From positions 119,534 through 183,533 of the IMG/VR virus record IMGVR_UViG_3300038415_000014: a stretch of 64,000 nt of DNA; one strand, given 5' to 3'. Below the pieces are notes generated by a model. That model worked only from the letters and a program-made list of their open reading frames with translations, was not told the origin of the DNA and did no database searches. The DNA is from a virus. Positions 8,842 through 19,174 of the stretch are shown here, piece after piece. Position numbers and translations under genes: made by a program. Numbering within the stretch: position 1 is the first letter of the stretch; the number at the start of each line of letters is the position of its first letter.

Positions 8842-10832
8842 GGTACCCTCCTAGACATAGATCTTGGAACCATGCGGTCCAAAACGACCCCATGCTTACG
8901 CATACGCGCCATTCTGTAGTTATGAGGGGTGGTCTCCCTTTGAAGTGGGCTACGGTCGTTGTCGAGGCTATTCTTGGATACCAACTTGATGTTAGCTATC
9001 CTCGACAGGGTCAACCATGCAGCTCTAACGAAGGCATCTGATACATCATCGTGGAACCCCTTGACCTTCGGGGCCTCAACGAGGATCTGATTCTTTGCTC
9101 GTTGGGTTGCTTGGAGCGCCAGCACCTCATTAATGAAGGGTGAGTGCTTGCCACCCTCAGCCGACGTGGGTATCGGGTAGTCGTACAGATCAAGCTTTCT
9201 ATCGAACATTAAGAGCTTGACCGCTTGGAACATGCGGCTTTTCTCGTCTTGAGTGAAGAACTCACTCCTAAATTGCTTCAACCCTTTCTTGTGGAGGGAC
9301 TGCTCTAAGGGCAATCCATTCCATCGGTCAAATAGACCCTCAGTGATATAGAACTTCTTGCAGAGTGCGTAGATCCAATCCGCAATCATGTCGAAGTCCA
9401 ATCGCTCAACGGTCTCAAGAACCTTCGCGTAGTCAATAAACGGATTGACTAAGTGCGGATTGGACTCCTTCCACGGGATACCTGCATACCAAGACTCATG
9501 GTAGTCTTGAACAATCCGGTCACCCTCAGCATGCGTGATGAAGACGGAAGTACCGTCACCAATGAGGCCAACGTCGATCCCCATCTGATGTGGGCTCCTA
9601 GGGCGGCCAGCAAAGATTGGTCTGCGCGCGGGTTGGATACAAGCCAAGAGGTCTTCCTCTCGCTCAACCCAACCACGTACACGATCCGAGAATTGAGCCC
9701 CATACTCCGTCATGAAGACAGTTGGGTCCTCGTGGAACTTCTCCCTCAAGAAAGTGGGCTCTACGTCCTTGTAGACTTCCCAGGTCGGAGCTTGAATCGC
9801 GAGCATGTTCTCGGAGCCTTCAGCCTTTGACATGGCGAAGTAGAACAATTCGTAGAACTTGCCTCCTCGATTCAAGGGTGACGAGATTGAGATGATTCGA
9901 CTCTCGACAGGCCCAACAGGGTCATTTGTATCTGGGTTTTTCGGGGAGAAGGCCAAGGCTGACGGAGTGATGGCGTCATATATGTCCTTGGCTGAACTGA
10001 CACCCTTGTCCTGAAAGTGAGCCAACTCGTCCAAGATGATGACGATGTTACCCGAGCCACGAAGGCCTTTGGACACAGACGCTTTGAAAGTGACCCTCAG
10101 CGAGGCCTTACCATTAAAGGAGGTGAACTTTCCGTTCTCATGCCTGACCGTGGGTCCAAACCTTTCGATGTCGTAGGGGGTTCGAAACTGGACATAACTA
10201 AGTGTGTTGTTCGCGATATATGGCTGAAAGAACTCACACTTTGACATGTGAGAAGTCACATCACTGAAGAGGAGTCCCGCTTGGTCCTTGTCGGTAGCAA
10301 CCGAGATGATCTGAATCCTATTACCATTCGGGAGCCCGTAGTACTCTTGGGGGTTGCCCAGAGAGATCAGACGGTAGAGCTCGTAGCTGGCAAAGATAGC
10401 CGATAGAGTAGTCTTGCCCGAACGACGCCCGATAGCTAGGATCAACTGCCTTCGAACATGATCCTGCTCACCAATGTTACAACGTCCCTCACTGAAGAGG
10501 TAGTGCAAGTACTCAACCTCAGTGAATCGATAGAGGACCTTCGTCTTGAACATGTCATGGATGACAATGGTCTTCTCAGTATCATCCAGAGGGATGTGGT
10601 AGTACATCTTGACGATGAACCGCTGTACTGGGTACAGCTTCATCCCGAGACCCCAAGAGGACTCTGCATACTGCAAGACGTTGAAGATCTTGACCCGACG
10701 CCCATCAGTAGCGGTCTCACAAAGAGTCCCGTCTAGGGCTTGATTGGTGTTTTCTAGGATGCTCTTAGCCTGGTGTCCGGCGCTACGGATCAGGTGTGAG
10801 ATACCTAAAGATTTGGTATCCTTGGTAGCCAC
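8838..10832 (-). CDS. Terminase large subunit
   Basis: Walker A GRRSGKT, Walker B IILDE, ISSP coupling motif, nuclease GIDVG...HDDVSDA. Confidence 0.92.
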   Translation of the reverse strand: MATKDTKSLGISHLIRSAGHQAKSILENTNQALDGTLCETATDGRRVKIFNVLQYAESSWGLGMKLYPVQRFIVKMYYHIPLDDTEKTIVIHDMFKTKVLYRFTEVEYLHYLFSEGRCNIGEQDHVRRQLILAIGRRSGKTTLSAIFASYELYRLISLGNPQEYYGLPNGNRIQIISVATDKDQAGLLFSDVTSHMSKCEFFQPYIANNTLSYVQFRTPYDIERFGPTVRHENGKFTSFNGKASLRVTFKASVSKGLRGSGNIVIILDELAHFQDKGVSSAKDIYDAITPSALAFSPKNPDTNDPVGPVESRIISISSPLNRGGKFYELFYFAMSKAEGSENMLAIQAPTWEVYKDVEPTFLREKFHEDPTVFMTEYGAQFSDRVRGWVEREEDLLACIQPARRPIFAGRPRSPHQMGIDVGLIGDGTSVFITHAEGDRIVQDYHESWYAGIPWKESNPHLVNPFIDYAKVLETVERLDFDMIADWIYALCKKFYITEGLFDRWNGLPLEQSLHKKGLKQFRSEFFTQDEKSRMFQAVKLLMFDRKLDLYDYPIPTSAEGGKHSPFINEVLALQATQRAKNQILVEAPKVKGFHDDVSDAFVRAAWLTLSRIANIKLVSKNSLDNDRSPLQRETTPHNYRMARMRKHGVVLDRMVPRSMSRRVP

Positions 10833-10835
10833 AAT

Positions 10836-11453
10836 TTACCTCAAACTGTTCTGAGCACTCTCTTCCCAGTCCTGCATCTCGGTAGCAAACCGATTGAAGA
10901 ACATGGTCAGGATCTCTGAGGGTAATACTTCTAGGGCTACCTCACGCATTTTCTCTACCCACATCGAGAAGAGCTTCTGCATCTTTTCGCTGTGGAGGTT
11001 GATTGAGTCTTGATCCACCTGTCGAAGTTTGAGTTCAATCTTGGCAATTTCTTCTAGGGCCTTGACCCTCTTAGTAGAGATCGCTGATGTATCCTTACCG
11101 TACTTCTCGGTTTCAATTCTCTGGAATTGAAGGGATGCTGCCTCGCGAGCTACTTCTAGTTTAATCCGATGTAGCAACGCCATCGTGTCATTGGGGTTGC
11201 TTCCTATAAGGCCAACAAGCGGATCAGTATCAATGAACTTCTGTCTTTCGACAGACATCTTGGCGTGGTATTCAAGATCCAAACGCCCTGGACGTTTTTC
11301 AATCTTCTTGGGCCTACCTGGCCCCCTCTTAACGATCCCAGTCTCCTCTTCGAACGGACCCACATCATGCAACGGAAGGATAGAAGTAGCAGCTTCTAGT
11401 ATCTCCTCGTGCGAAAGGTTCTCTACATTCAGGTCTAGTTCTTCATCTGGCAT
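10836..11453 (-). CDS. Hypothetical protein with AT-hook (KRGPGRPKK); terminase small subunit candidate
   Basis: Helical 205-aa ORF directly upstream of terL; the assignment is positional only. Confidence 0.4.
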   Translation of the reverse strand: MPDEELDLNVENLSHEEILEAATSILPLHDVGPFEEETGIVKRGPGRPKKIEKRPGRLDLEYHAKMSVERQKFIDTDPLVGLIGSNPNDTMALLHRIKLEVAREAASLQFQRIETEKYGKDTSAISTKRVKALEEIAKIELKLRQVDQDSINLHSEKMQKLFSMWVEKMREVALEVLPSEILTMFFNRFATEMQDWEESAQNSLR

Positions 11454-11466
11454 AGAAGTACCCTAT

Positions 11467-11874
11467 TTATTGGACCGACTTGGCCCCGCCGCCGCCATCA
11501 GTTCTAACGAGGTATTGGGACAGGTTGTGAACAACATCGTATCCCTTATCCTTTGGGACCTGAGTTCGTATGGCCTTACTCATATCCTTCCCGGTCTCAG
11601 CTACGTTCAAAACCCCAATCTGGTCTGGCTTGGGGTGAAAGACATCCTCTGGTCGAATGTCCTTACGTTGAGGCTTGACCGTATCATCACTACCTGGGTC
11701 CATTGCCTCCCCGTGCTCACGAGCGAGCTGCCGGTCAATACCCTTGAGACGGTTGACAGGTTCAGTCATCTCTTTGACATCTCTGCGCATACCAGGGGCT
11801 TGGTCAGCTCGAATAAAACGAGCAGCCACCCGTAGGGTCAGGGTATCAATGGTGGTTTGGTCTTGGCTGGTCAT
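11467..11874 (-). CDS. Hypothetical protein with N-terminal RVAARF motif
   Basis: 135-aa ORF in an overlapping operon. Confidence 0.55.
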   Translation of the reverse strand: MTSQDQTTIDTLTLRVAARFIRADQAPGMRRDVKEMTEPVNRLKGIDRQLAREHGEAMDPGSDDTVKPQRKDIRPEDVFHPKPDQIGVLNVAETGKDMSKAIRTQVPKDKGYDVVHNLSQYLVRTDGGGGAKSVQ

Positions 11875-13901
11875 AGGTCAATAGTAGCCCCACCCAACTC
11901 CACAGAAATCGTTGCCGACTTCTCAGGAAGTGGGTTCAAATTGATCTTCATCCCAGACTTGAGTTGCACCAGGTCTGCAACTGACGATGGGTTGCTGATC
12001 ATGAGGCTCCCCAATGAGATCTCATCAGCTGGGCCAGAAGCAAGGATCTCCCTCTGTTGAGCTGCCTTGTCCGTGTAGGGCGGATCAATCACAAGGTGCT
12101 TAGCATACTTCGAGCAGAACCCTGGATGGGGCTGTAGGACGCAAGTAGCACACTTGGACCCTTGCTTTATGTAGGGAACCTGTCGAGCACGATGAAGTCT
12201 TGCCCCTTCATCACAACCCTTGGCATAGTCGTTGTATATTGTTGGGTCAACATAGTAGATACCTTGCAGACCTTGCTCAGCCATGGCCGTCTTGAGCTCC
12301 TCTTGGGAAGCCAAGATATCCCGAGCATCAAATCGAACCTGCAGGGCTTGAAGTAACCGAGACCCGTACAAACCCTCATTCAAGTAACGAGAAGCTGTCT
12401 TAACTACCTCACGCTTGGTCAAGCCCGAGGTAGTGTATCCGGTGACTTCACCGCGGAATGCTTGCTCAACATAAGCACGCATCGGGATGTGAGCCTGAGG
12501 GTTCGAGATTGAGGCGGTTCGGTAGATTGCCTTGAGTGACTCAGCCGGGGTCGTACCCCAAGCAAAGGATTCAGCACCTGATCCCAAGCGGCCTGCTTGC
12601 TTGTTGTCCCACAATGACTGCTTGACAGTCTCTTCTGTGTATAGGTCCTCTGCTTTGGCCACAAGTGGCTTGCCGTAGACCAAACAACGGCTCAACTTGC
12701 TGTAAATGCAAGTTGCACACTTCTGACTAGCGACAATACCTTTGATCTGGTGGTTGTGCTTGGCAATGAAGTCGGCTCCCTCGTGACAATTGTCAAACGA
12801 TTCCTGGGTTGAGAACACAGTACCATACAACCCGGCTTCCTTGTAGAGGGGCTCCCAAGAGTTACGAGTCGCGCGCAGCTCATCCAATGAGAATGATAGC
12901 CTCAGGGCGTGAAGCAGTTCCTTCTCGCTACGACCCTTGAGCATCTCACGCTGGAGGAACGAGCAAACATCAAACGCCTTTTTGCTAGAGGCGTCCTTGG
13001 ACATTGAGGCAACCTTGCCGGAGGTCGGTGGGACCCAGGCAAGTTGTTCAGCCAAGTTCTGTTGAGCTTGAGTAGCAAGAACCGGTAAGTGGACCTTGGT
13101 TGGATCCACAGTGGCCTTGAGTTGATGCACTGGGTTTACGACAGGCTTGGGTGTCTCGACATGACTAGTTACCTGCACGTTCCTAGCTAGATAGGCCGCC
13201 TTGATCCTCTCACGCGGGTCTTGAATCGAGGCCTGGACCGCTTGTTTCCCACAAGCGCACTGACTTCGTTCTACAGCACCAGCTAGTTCAGGCGAGTACG
13301 GAACCTCAAGTACTAGTTCCTTGTGAAATACTGAGCAAGTGGCCTTCGCATTGTGAACACAGTCAACACATTGGTCCTTGGCCAGAAGAAACCGTGCACT
13401 ACCGGCGTTCTTCTTTACAAACTCGACCTCACTCCTACTGGCTTTCTTGGAACAGCTAGGGAAGTCGTTGGCATCAATGTAGTAGCGACCTAAAAGTCCA
13501 CGTTCTTGTACTATGCTGGTAATCAATGGTCGAGCTGCTTGAAGGGTCCACGGATCAAATCGAGTCTTCAGGGCGTCAACAAACTTACCAGAGTCAGTTG
13601 ATTGCATGAGAGCCAATCGAGCTACCTTGGCTACTCGCTGAAGAATCTCGTCAGAAGCCAACTTACCGTGGACTTCACTCAGATCCCCCATCGTCCTTGG
13701 TACATCCTTGTTGGGTATCAAGTAAGTCGACGGAGCTTGATCCTTGTGATCCCAAGCAGCTTCCAAGTCAGGAGCAAAGTCTAGGTTCTGCTTCGGGAGG
13801 TCAGCCAACTCTCGATAGGCCTTGTCATCCACGTCGAGCCAATCAAGATTGTTGACTGCGCATTCCTTGAGAAAACCAGTGAGATCGCCTAAATCAGCCA
13901 T
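11871..13901 (-). CDS. Large Cys-rich hypothetical protein with internal repeats
   Basis: 676 aa; three repeats of a G(R/T/I)xYxxxxxFxxC...CxxCxxxxxxxC unit. Confidence 0.6.
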   Translation of the reverse strand: MADLGDLTGFLKECAVNNLDWLDVDDKAYRELADLPKQNLDFAPDLEAAWDHKDQAPSTYLIPNKDVPRTMGDLSEVHGKLASDEILQRVAKVARLALMQSTDSGKFVDALKTRFDPWTLQAARPLITSIVQERGLLGRYYIDANDFPSCSKKASRSEVEFVKKNAGSARFLLAKDQCVDCVHNAKATCSVFHKELVLEVPYSPELAGAVERSQCACGKQAVQASIQDPRERIKAAYLARNVQVTSHVETPKPVVNPVHQLKATVDPTKVHLPVLATQAQQNLAEQLAWVPPTSGKVASMSKDASSKKAFDVCSFLQREMLKGRSEKELLHALRLSFSLDELRATRNSWEPLYKEAGLYGTVFSTQESFDNCHEGADFIAKHNHQIKGIVASQKCATCIYSKLSRCLVYGKPLVAKAEDLYTEETVKQSLWDNKQAGRLGSGAESFAWGTTPAESLKAIYRTASISNPQAHIPMRAYVEQAFRGEVTGYTTSGLTKREVVKTASRYLNEGLYGSRLLQALQVRFDARDILASQEELKTAMAEQGLQGIYYVDPTIYNDYAKGCDEGARLHRARQVPYIKQGSKCATCVLQPHPGFCSKYAKHLVIDPPYTDKAAQQREILASGPADEISLGSLMISNPSSVADLVQLKSGMKINLNPLPEKSATISVELGGATIDL

Positions 13902-13912
13902 TTCGATATCCT

Positions 13913-15409
13913 TCAGTGATAGTCTTCTCGGTACAAGTCTTGTTGGTCGTTGCGATAGTCGTGAGCATCAGATTTCCACTTGACGTATGGTACATCTTGC
14001 TGTTCGAAGTTCTGACCCACGTTAGGAGTCACATCCCTATCATGGTCAAAAGTCACCCCACCCCCATTGTCTCCGGGCAACTCAGAGTCAGCAAACATGT
14101 GCTCCTGGTTGTGTGAGGGCCTGGGTGTTATAGGGGCTTGAGGAGATGGAAAGTTCATCTCCGGGAGGCCAGAGGTACCGTGGTGGTGCACGTTGAATTG
14201 ATTGCCCTTATTGCCATCGTAGTAATCGCTACGGGCAGCAGGGTCGGGGCCGTCAAAAGGGAGGCCAGACTCCGCTATTGATGCCCACACATCACTCGGG
14301 GACAACCTGTCATCGAAGGGGGTTGATCCGCTCTCGGGGTCATGCATGACTCCCTTTGGATCACTAGGTAGCCCACTCTGAGGGCCATAGACTCCACGCC
14401 CATCAGGCGCTGTAGTCCCATAGCCCTCTGAGCCCTCACCCTTGGCGCCATACCCGAGACCAAAGTCGTTGGCCTCTCCGTGGGTATCATCATCCGAGGG
14501 GAGAGATGAACCGCCCCAAACAAGGGACGACCCTGCAGATCGACTTGTGTCGTTCTCCCAGGGGGTTGTATAGATGTACTCGTCGCCTACGCCTTCAGAC
14601 TTGCCCCACTCATCATCGACGGTTGGCTCATCCTTGTTGTAGGACCCCTCTGGACCCGTCTGCTCCCCGCGGTCAAGATGGTCAACACGTGGACCAGGCA
14701 GGGTATTTACAGGTAGGGATGAGTTGGCTACTCTCTGGATGAAAGGCGCCTTCCAGTCCCTTGCTTGCTTTACTTTGAATACATCACCCGCGGGGGTTGG
14801 CTCGCTTGTCTCTTGCGCTCCCCCACCAGGCATCTTTGAGGCATCAGAATCCTTGGACTTCTCATCCCGAATACGATCAACCATATTCTTGGTTTTAGGA
14901 GACTTCTCAACCTCTTCGACTTCCTTGTCGCCAAAGTCCTCTGGATTCTGTAGTACCTCGTCTGACTCCTCGATGAGGCCCTCAATTTCTCCGGCCTCTT
15001 CAGGGTCAAGGATAGAGACCTCTGGTTGCCAATGCGGGGCATGGATCTCGTCGTGTAGGGTATCAGTGATCGCTGACAGTAGCTCACAGGCTTGCTGCAG
15101 CTGATTACGAACCTCCTTAACCTTGAGTACATAACCCTTGCCGCCAAGCATCCCATCAGGGGAGATACTCGCAGACTTGATGCGTGCAAACTCTCTATAC
15201 GCTGTTAGTGAGTGACCGAGAGCAACCGAGGCTGCAAACAAGGTGCGAGCCAGAGGCTTCAAAGCGGTCTGGTCATACTGATGCCCTTTGGGGATATCTC
15301 GCTTGCCACCCTCACCAAAACCATCAGGTTTTTGATTTGGTTGGGGCGGGGGAAGAGGTAAACCCTCTTCCCTAGCAATGATTACCCTGACCTTTTCACG
15401 ATTGTTCAA
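13913..15409 (-). CDS. Acidic, Gly/Pro-rich hypothetical protein (largely disordered)
   Basis: 498-aa ORF with a low-complexity C-terminal two-thirds. Confidence 0.55.
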   Translation of the reverse strand: MNNREKVRVIIAREEGLPLPPPQPNQKPDGFGEGGKRDIPKGHQYDQTALKPLARTLFAASVALGHSLTAYREFARIKSASISPDGMLGGKGYVLKVKEVRNQLQQACELLSAITDTLHDEIHAPHWQPEVSILDPEEAGEIEGLIEESDEVLQNPEDFGDKEVEEVEKSPKTKNMVDRIRDEKSKDSDASKMPGGGAQETSEPTPAGDVFKVKQARDWKAPFIQRVANSSLPVNTLPGPRVDHLDRGEQTGPEGSYNKDEPTVDDEWGKSEGVGDEYIYTTPWENDTSRSAGSSLVWGGSSLPSDDDTHGEANDFGLGYGAKGEGSEGYGTTAPDGRGVYGPQSGLPSDPKGVMHDPESGSTPFDDRLSPSDVWASIAESGLPFDGPDPAARSDYYDGNKGNQFNVHHHGTSGLPEMNFPSPQAPITPRPSHNQEHMFADSELPGDNGGGVTFDHDRDVTPNVGQNFEQQDVPYVKWKSDAHDYRNDQQDLYREDYH

Positions 15410-15420
15410 GGTTCCTCCAA

Positions 15421-15720
15421 TTAGGCCTTAAGAGGCGCCCCGGTATCGTCAAAGGTTCTTTCAACAAATAAGCCGCCGTCACCTTGCCTCCGAATAGTCC
15501 ACAAGTCCCGAGTAGACTTGTGAATTAGCTCGTCAGCAGAGAGACGAATGAATGAACTGAGGTCTTGAATGGATGCCACCCTCTGTCGAAAAGGGGTCAC
15601 CATATGGGCATTGCGCGCCAGGAAGCAATCCAATCCGGTTGAGGGCTGCACCTCGAAACTGCTAATATCAAAATCTCGGTCTGACATTCTACCCTCACGT
15701 AATAACAAGTTGAATCTCAA
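15421..15720 (-). CDS. Hypothetical protein
   Basis: 99-aa ORF in operon context. Confidence 0.5.
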   Translation of the reverse strand: MRFNLLLREGRMSDRDFDISSFEVQPSTGLDCFLARNAHMVTPFRQRVASIQDLSSFIRLSADELIHKSTRDLWTIRRQGDGGLFVERTFDDTGAPLKA

Positions 15721-16600
15721 CGTCTACATAGTTGTTGGAGCTATAGCCAATAATGCGCAGCTTTTCTGAGTAAGTCCCCTGCAACATCCCATTAGGAGGT
15801 TGGACGGAGACTGTGATAGCCTCGCTTTCACCTGACTGAAGGGTACCCTCAGATGGTAGCCAGCTACGTAACCAGTTCCCACAGAGGCCTGTGAGAGCCC
15901 TGATGTCATAGCCTAGAACTGAGCCCAATGGGCCTGCGTTGCTGACATTGAAGGTCTGAGTTGGGATTGCTGGGTATTGCCCATTGAGGGGGCGAACCAC
16001 ATTGAAGGTGACCAGAGCTATACTTGATGCAATGACCGCCTTTGGACGAACGTTGACAAGGACTGGGATTGTCTGCGGGTTGTTCGTGGCCATTGGGTCC
16101 TGAACCACCACTGACTCAGGGTATGGGCTGCTGGCTGCCAACAACCCAGTAGAGTCCACCTCAACTATGAAGTCACCACTCTCATTGACAGCCAACCCGC
16201 CAACCGTGGAGGGGCTGACCTTGACGAAGGCGGCCGATGAGGTGAGGCTAGCGCCAAGGATTGATCCAAAGACCCCACTGTTAGTGACGATGACTGACTG
16301 AGGGTCTGAGTACCCACGACCTTCGTCGACCTCGAACACGAGCGAGTTTGGAGGTCCAATGAGTATAGCCGGAGAAAAGTTGGACTTCAGCTCTACGATG
16401 CTATCAGACATCGCCTGAACGACCTCACCCGGGATCGGAATCGAGTCCCTCAAAAGGCCATAAGGCGACTTGATATCCCGAACCTGATAGGCAGGGATTG
16501 ATTGAGAGACGTCCATTCGAGTAGTCCAGAACCACTTTCCAGCTGGAACTAGATACTCAAATTGGTAGTCGTGAAATCGGAGGTTCTGTACGAGTGGCAA
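15695..16600 (-). CDS. Virion protein with Ig-like (BACON-type) repeats
   Basis: Two beta-rich units (VIVTNSG...SP..GGL..NESG; FNVSNAG...P.EGTL.SGES...Y.E.L.I). Confidence 0.55.
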   Translation of the reverse strand: MPLVQNLRFHDYQFEYLVPAGKWFWTTRMDVSQSIPAYQVRDIKSPYGLLRDSIPIPGEVVQAMSDSIVELKSNFSPAILIGPPNSLVFEVDEGRGYSDPQSVIVTNSGVFGSILGASLTSSAAFVKVSPSTVGGLAVNESGDFIVEVDSTGLLAASSPYPESVVVQDPMATNNPQTIPVLVNVRPKAVIASSIALVTFNVVRPLNGQYPAIPTQTFNVSNAGPLGSVLGYDIRALTGLCGNWLRSWLPSEGTLQSGESEAITVSVQPPNGMLQGTYSEKLRIIGYSSNNYVDVEIQLVIT

Positions 16601-16645
16601 GGCAGTCCTCTAACTGCCTGGCGTACAAGTAAAAGCTCAACAGGG

Positions 16646-17287
16646 TCACATCCCTGACAACTCGTCACCACCACGATTTTCCCATTGAGGAAGTTTAACG
16701 GCTCGGAGGATGTTGAAGTTCTTGCTGGCTATAGAGGAAAACACCTTGAAAAGTGGTTCAAAGCTTATGTCCTCAGTGGCTTTCTTCTCAAGTAGCTTTA
16801 CTGCCCCGAAGAATCGATGTCTCACCCGACCCTGAGTGAGCCCTAGCTGCATTGCTACCTCACTTTGGCAAGTGGTCTTCCACATACCAACAAGTATATC
16901 AACGTCAATCTGTTTCAGAGGTACGAAAGGCAGGTTGTACCGCATCTCTACTTCGGTAATCTGTGGTATGGACAATAAGAACTTGATCCTCTGAAGTCCA
17001 CGATCCAATCGATAGCTTATTGCCGCCTGTGTGACATCGAAGATCTCAGCTATGTCAGCTTGGCGCTTCTTTTGGATGTAGTACAGCTCGATAAGGTCAG
17101 CTTCTCTCTCAGGTATCCTGTCTAGTAGTGGCTTGACCTGAGTTTCAAAGTGCATCGAGGAGAGGATTGACGCAACTCGCTCTTCGTCCACCTCTTCAAT
17201 GGGCTCGTCAAATAGTGGCTCTGGAGATGCGAAGCGGTTTGCCAACTCTGCCGGGTCAACCGAGATCGTAAAACCAGTGCTACCCAT
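16646..17287 (-). CDS. Sigma-70 region 4-like transcription factor
   Basis: LDRIPEREADLIELYY...QADIAEIFDVTQAAISYRL HTH plus a second HTH (QSEVAMQLGLTQGRV). Confidence 0.75.
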   Translation of the reverse strand: MGSTGFTISVDPAELANRFASPEPLFDEPIEEVDEERVASILSSMHFETQVKPLLDRIPEREADLIELYYIQKKRQADIAEIFDVTQAAISYRLDRGLQRIKFLLSIPQITEVEMRYNLPFVPLKQIDVDILVGMWKTTCQSEVAMQLGLTQGRVRHRFFGAVKLLEKKATEDISFEPLFKVFSSIASKNFNILRAVKLPQWENRGGDELSGM

Positions 17288-17293
17288 AATACC

Positions 17294-19174
17294 TCAACTA
17301 GTCTTAGTGAATCCAGCCCCCGCGGGGGTATTGAAGAAAGTGGAGATCAAGGTCTCAGGTTGAATAGAACACTGCTTTAGAGCTTCAAAAGCACCATCAA
17401 AGTCAAGAGCTGCCTCCGTAGTTTGGTAGTCCAGGTCCGATCGAAGAGCCATTAGGTCCACGTTTAACCGAGCTTGTTTCTCGAAGCTTCTAATTTTCTC
17501 GTATTGTGTCTTGGTAACCCCAGCTAAGCTTGAAGAGTAGACGCCGCTAATAGACCCGTGGGTCATCAATAGAGCTGCAAGGATCTTCCGGGGTACCCTT
17601 GGTACCCCTGGCAGGTTATCTGAGGTGTCCCCCGAGAGAGCTCGAAGGTGAACCATCAACCTAGGTGGGACCCCGTACTCTGACACAACTCTATCGGGGT
17701 CGTAAAGGGTCTCAGGTCGACTTCCTTGCTTGGGTACCAAAAGTAAGTCAGTATAGGTAACCAACTGTAAGAAGTCTCGGTCTGTAGAGACTATGATGTT
17801 GTGTCTACCTTCTAGCTTATTCTTCAGTAGACAAGCTATTATGTCGTCTGTTTCCTCATCAGGGTTATGGACTTGTGTGATTCCAAACATTGGAAGTATT
17901 GACTGTAGTCGAGACATCTCATCATGAGTACTCTGGCTATGCTCTGGTCTACCAGCCTTGTACTCCGGGTACATGACAACCCTACGTTGCTTTGAGCCGT
18001 CCCACACCACATATAGGTTGGCCCTATCAAAACGCTTCTTGAAGGCGGCTAGGCTGCGCAAAAAGCCAAATACAAGAGCAGTCGAGCGACCCTCACTATC
18101 AGTTAGTTGGTCAGGAATGTTTCTGAGTGCGTTGATAACCCTGTACGCTAGATTGTGGCCGTCGAATACGATGTTGTTAGCCATATCTGGATTCCAATCT
18201 GGTATGTATCTCTCAAGCCTGTCGCACTCAGCTTGGATCTGAGAGAATCTGGATAGAAAGCTATCAAGCAACCCTAATGAAGCTGATTTCCCAGTCAGCA
18301 ACCTCACATCGGGTACTCGAATCAGGGGTAAGTAAAAGAAGAACCCTGATCTGTCTATATACGAGTTCATTTGCTGAACTCTGGTGAACTTGCCTAGTAT
18401 GGACTCACCATCGTGATTGCAGAAAACTCCTGGTGATTGTGGGTCCACCAACAACTTCTTGCCCCTCCGGAAGACCCCGAGCCATGAGTTGATCAGACCG
18501 TACTTGTGATGCAGCCCTCTAATAGGTTCAATTGGATCAAGTAGGTGCTGGGACGGAATCCGAGCCCGATCAATGTATTGACGAATACGGTTCAATTTAG
18601 TGAGGAACGGTGAGTTGTATTGTTGGTCCTCGCTCACAGTGGACACGTACTTCAGAAAACTCCTGGGTAGAGTGATCAGGGCCTGCTTTGATCTGAGCTT
18701 GATGTATACCTGGACGGCATTGTTCTCCGGGATATTCTCGACTACCTTACCGACAATCCCACTATAGGCGCCACTCATCACCAATACATCATCGTCAACT
18801 TCGATCCCTTGTTCAGTCTCCACATGAAGCTGAAGGCGCATCTGATCGATAGAGTTGTCAGGTACAGCTGATATTTTGCGCACCCTATGGTCAAAGACAG
18901 TTAGAACCGATGCAATGTACTTCGATCCCTCCAACTTGAAGTACACTTGGTCTGACTGAGTGCGACGAACGAAGATGTAGTTCTCGATTAGCTTGTAGAC
19001 TGACCGAGTATGGCCGCGCGTAATGATAGAAGCCGGAACGAACACGTCCTTCAAGCTCTTGATGGACTTCCCAATGGACTTTCTCAGTACCTCTGGGTCT
19101 TCATCCTCACCTTGAGGGCTAAGTTCTAGTACAACCCACTCAGCCATTTCCCCCTCTACTCCAGAGTTCTGCAA
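17294..19174 (-). CDS. NusG-like (NGN+KOW) domain fused to 5'-3' exonuclease / flap endonuclease
   Basis: N-terminus WVVL...VFVP...ENYIFV plus KOW (GAYSGIVGKV). C-terminus IVFDGHNLAYR, VVWDG, YKAGR, ETDD, STDRD, GDTSDNLPGV. Confidence 0.85.
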   Translation of the reverse strand: MQNSGVEGEMAEWVVLELSPQGEDEDPEVLRKSIGKSIKSLKDVFVPASIITRGHTRSVYKLIENYIFVRRTQSDQVYFKLEGSKYIASVLTVFDHRVRKISAVPDNSIDQMRLQLHVETEQGIEVDDDVLVMSGAYSGIVGKVVENIPENNAVQVYIKLRSKQALITLPRSFLKYVSTVSEDQQYNSPFLTKLNRIRQYIDRARIPSQHLLDPIEPIRGLHHKYGLINSWLGVFRRGKKLLVDPQSPGVFCNHDGESILGKFTRVQQMNSYIDRSGFFFYLPLIRVPDVRLLTGKSASLGLLDSFLSRFSQIQAECDRLERYIPDWNPDMANNIVFDGHNLAYRVINALRNIPDQLTDSEGRSTALVFGFLRSLAAFKKRFDRANLYVVWDGSKQRRVVMYPEYKAGRPEHSQSTHDEMSRLQSILPMFGITQVHNPDEETDDIIACLLKNKLEGRHNIIVSTDRDFLQLVTYTDLLLVPKQGSRPETLYDPDRVVSEYGVPPRLMVHLRALSGDTSDNLPGVPRVPRKILAALLMTHGSISGVYSSSLAGVTKTQYEKIRSFEKQARLNVDLMALRSDLDYQTTEAALDFDGAFEALKQCSIQPETLISTFFNTPAGAGFTKTS

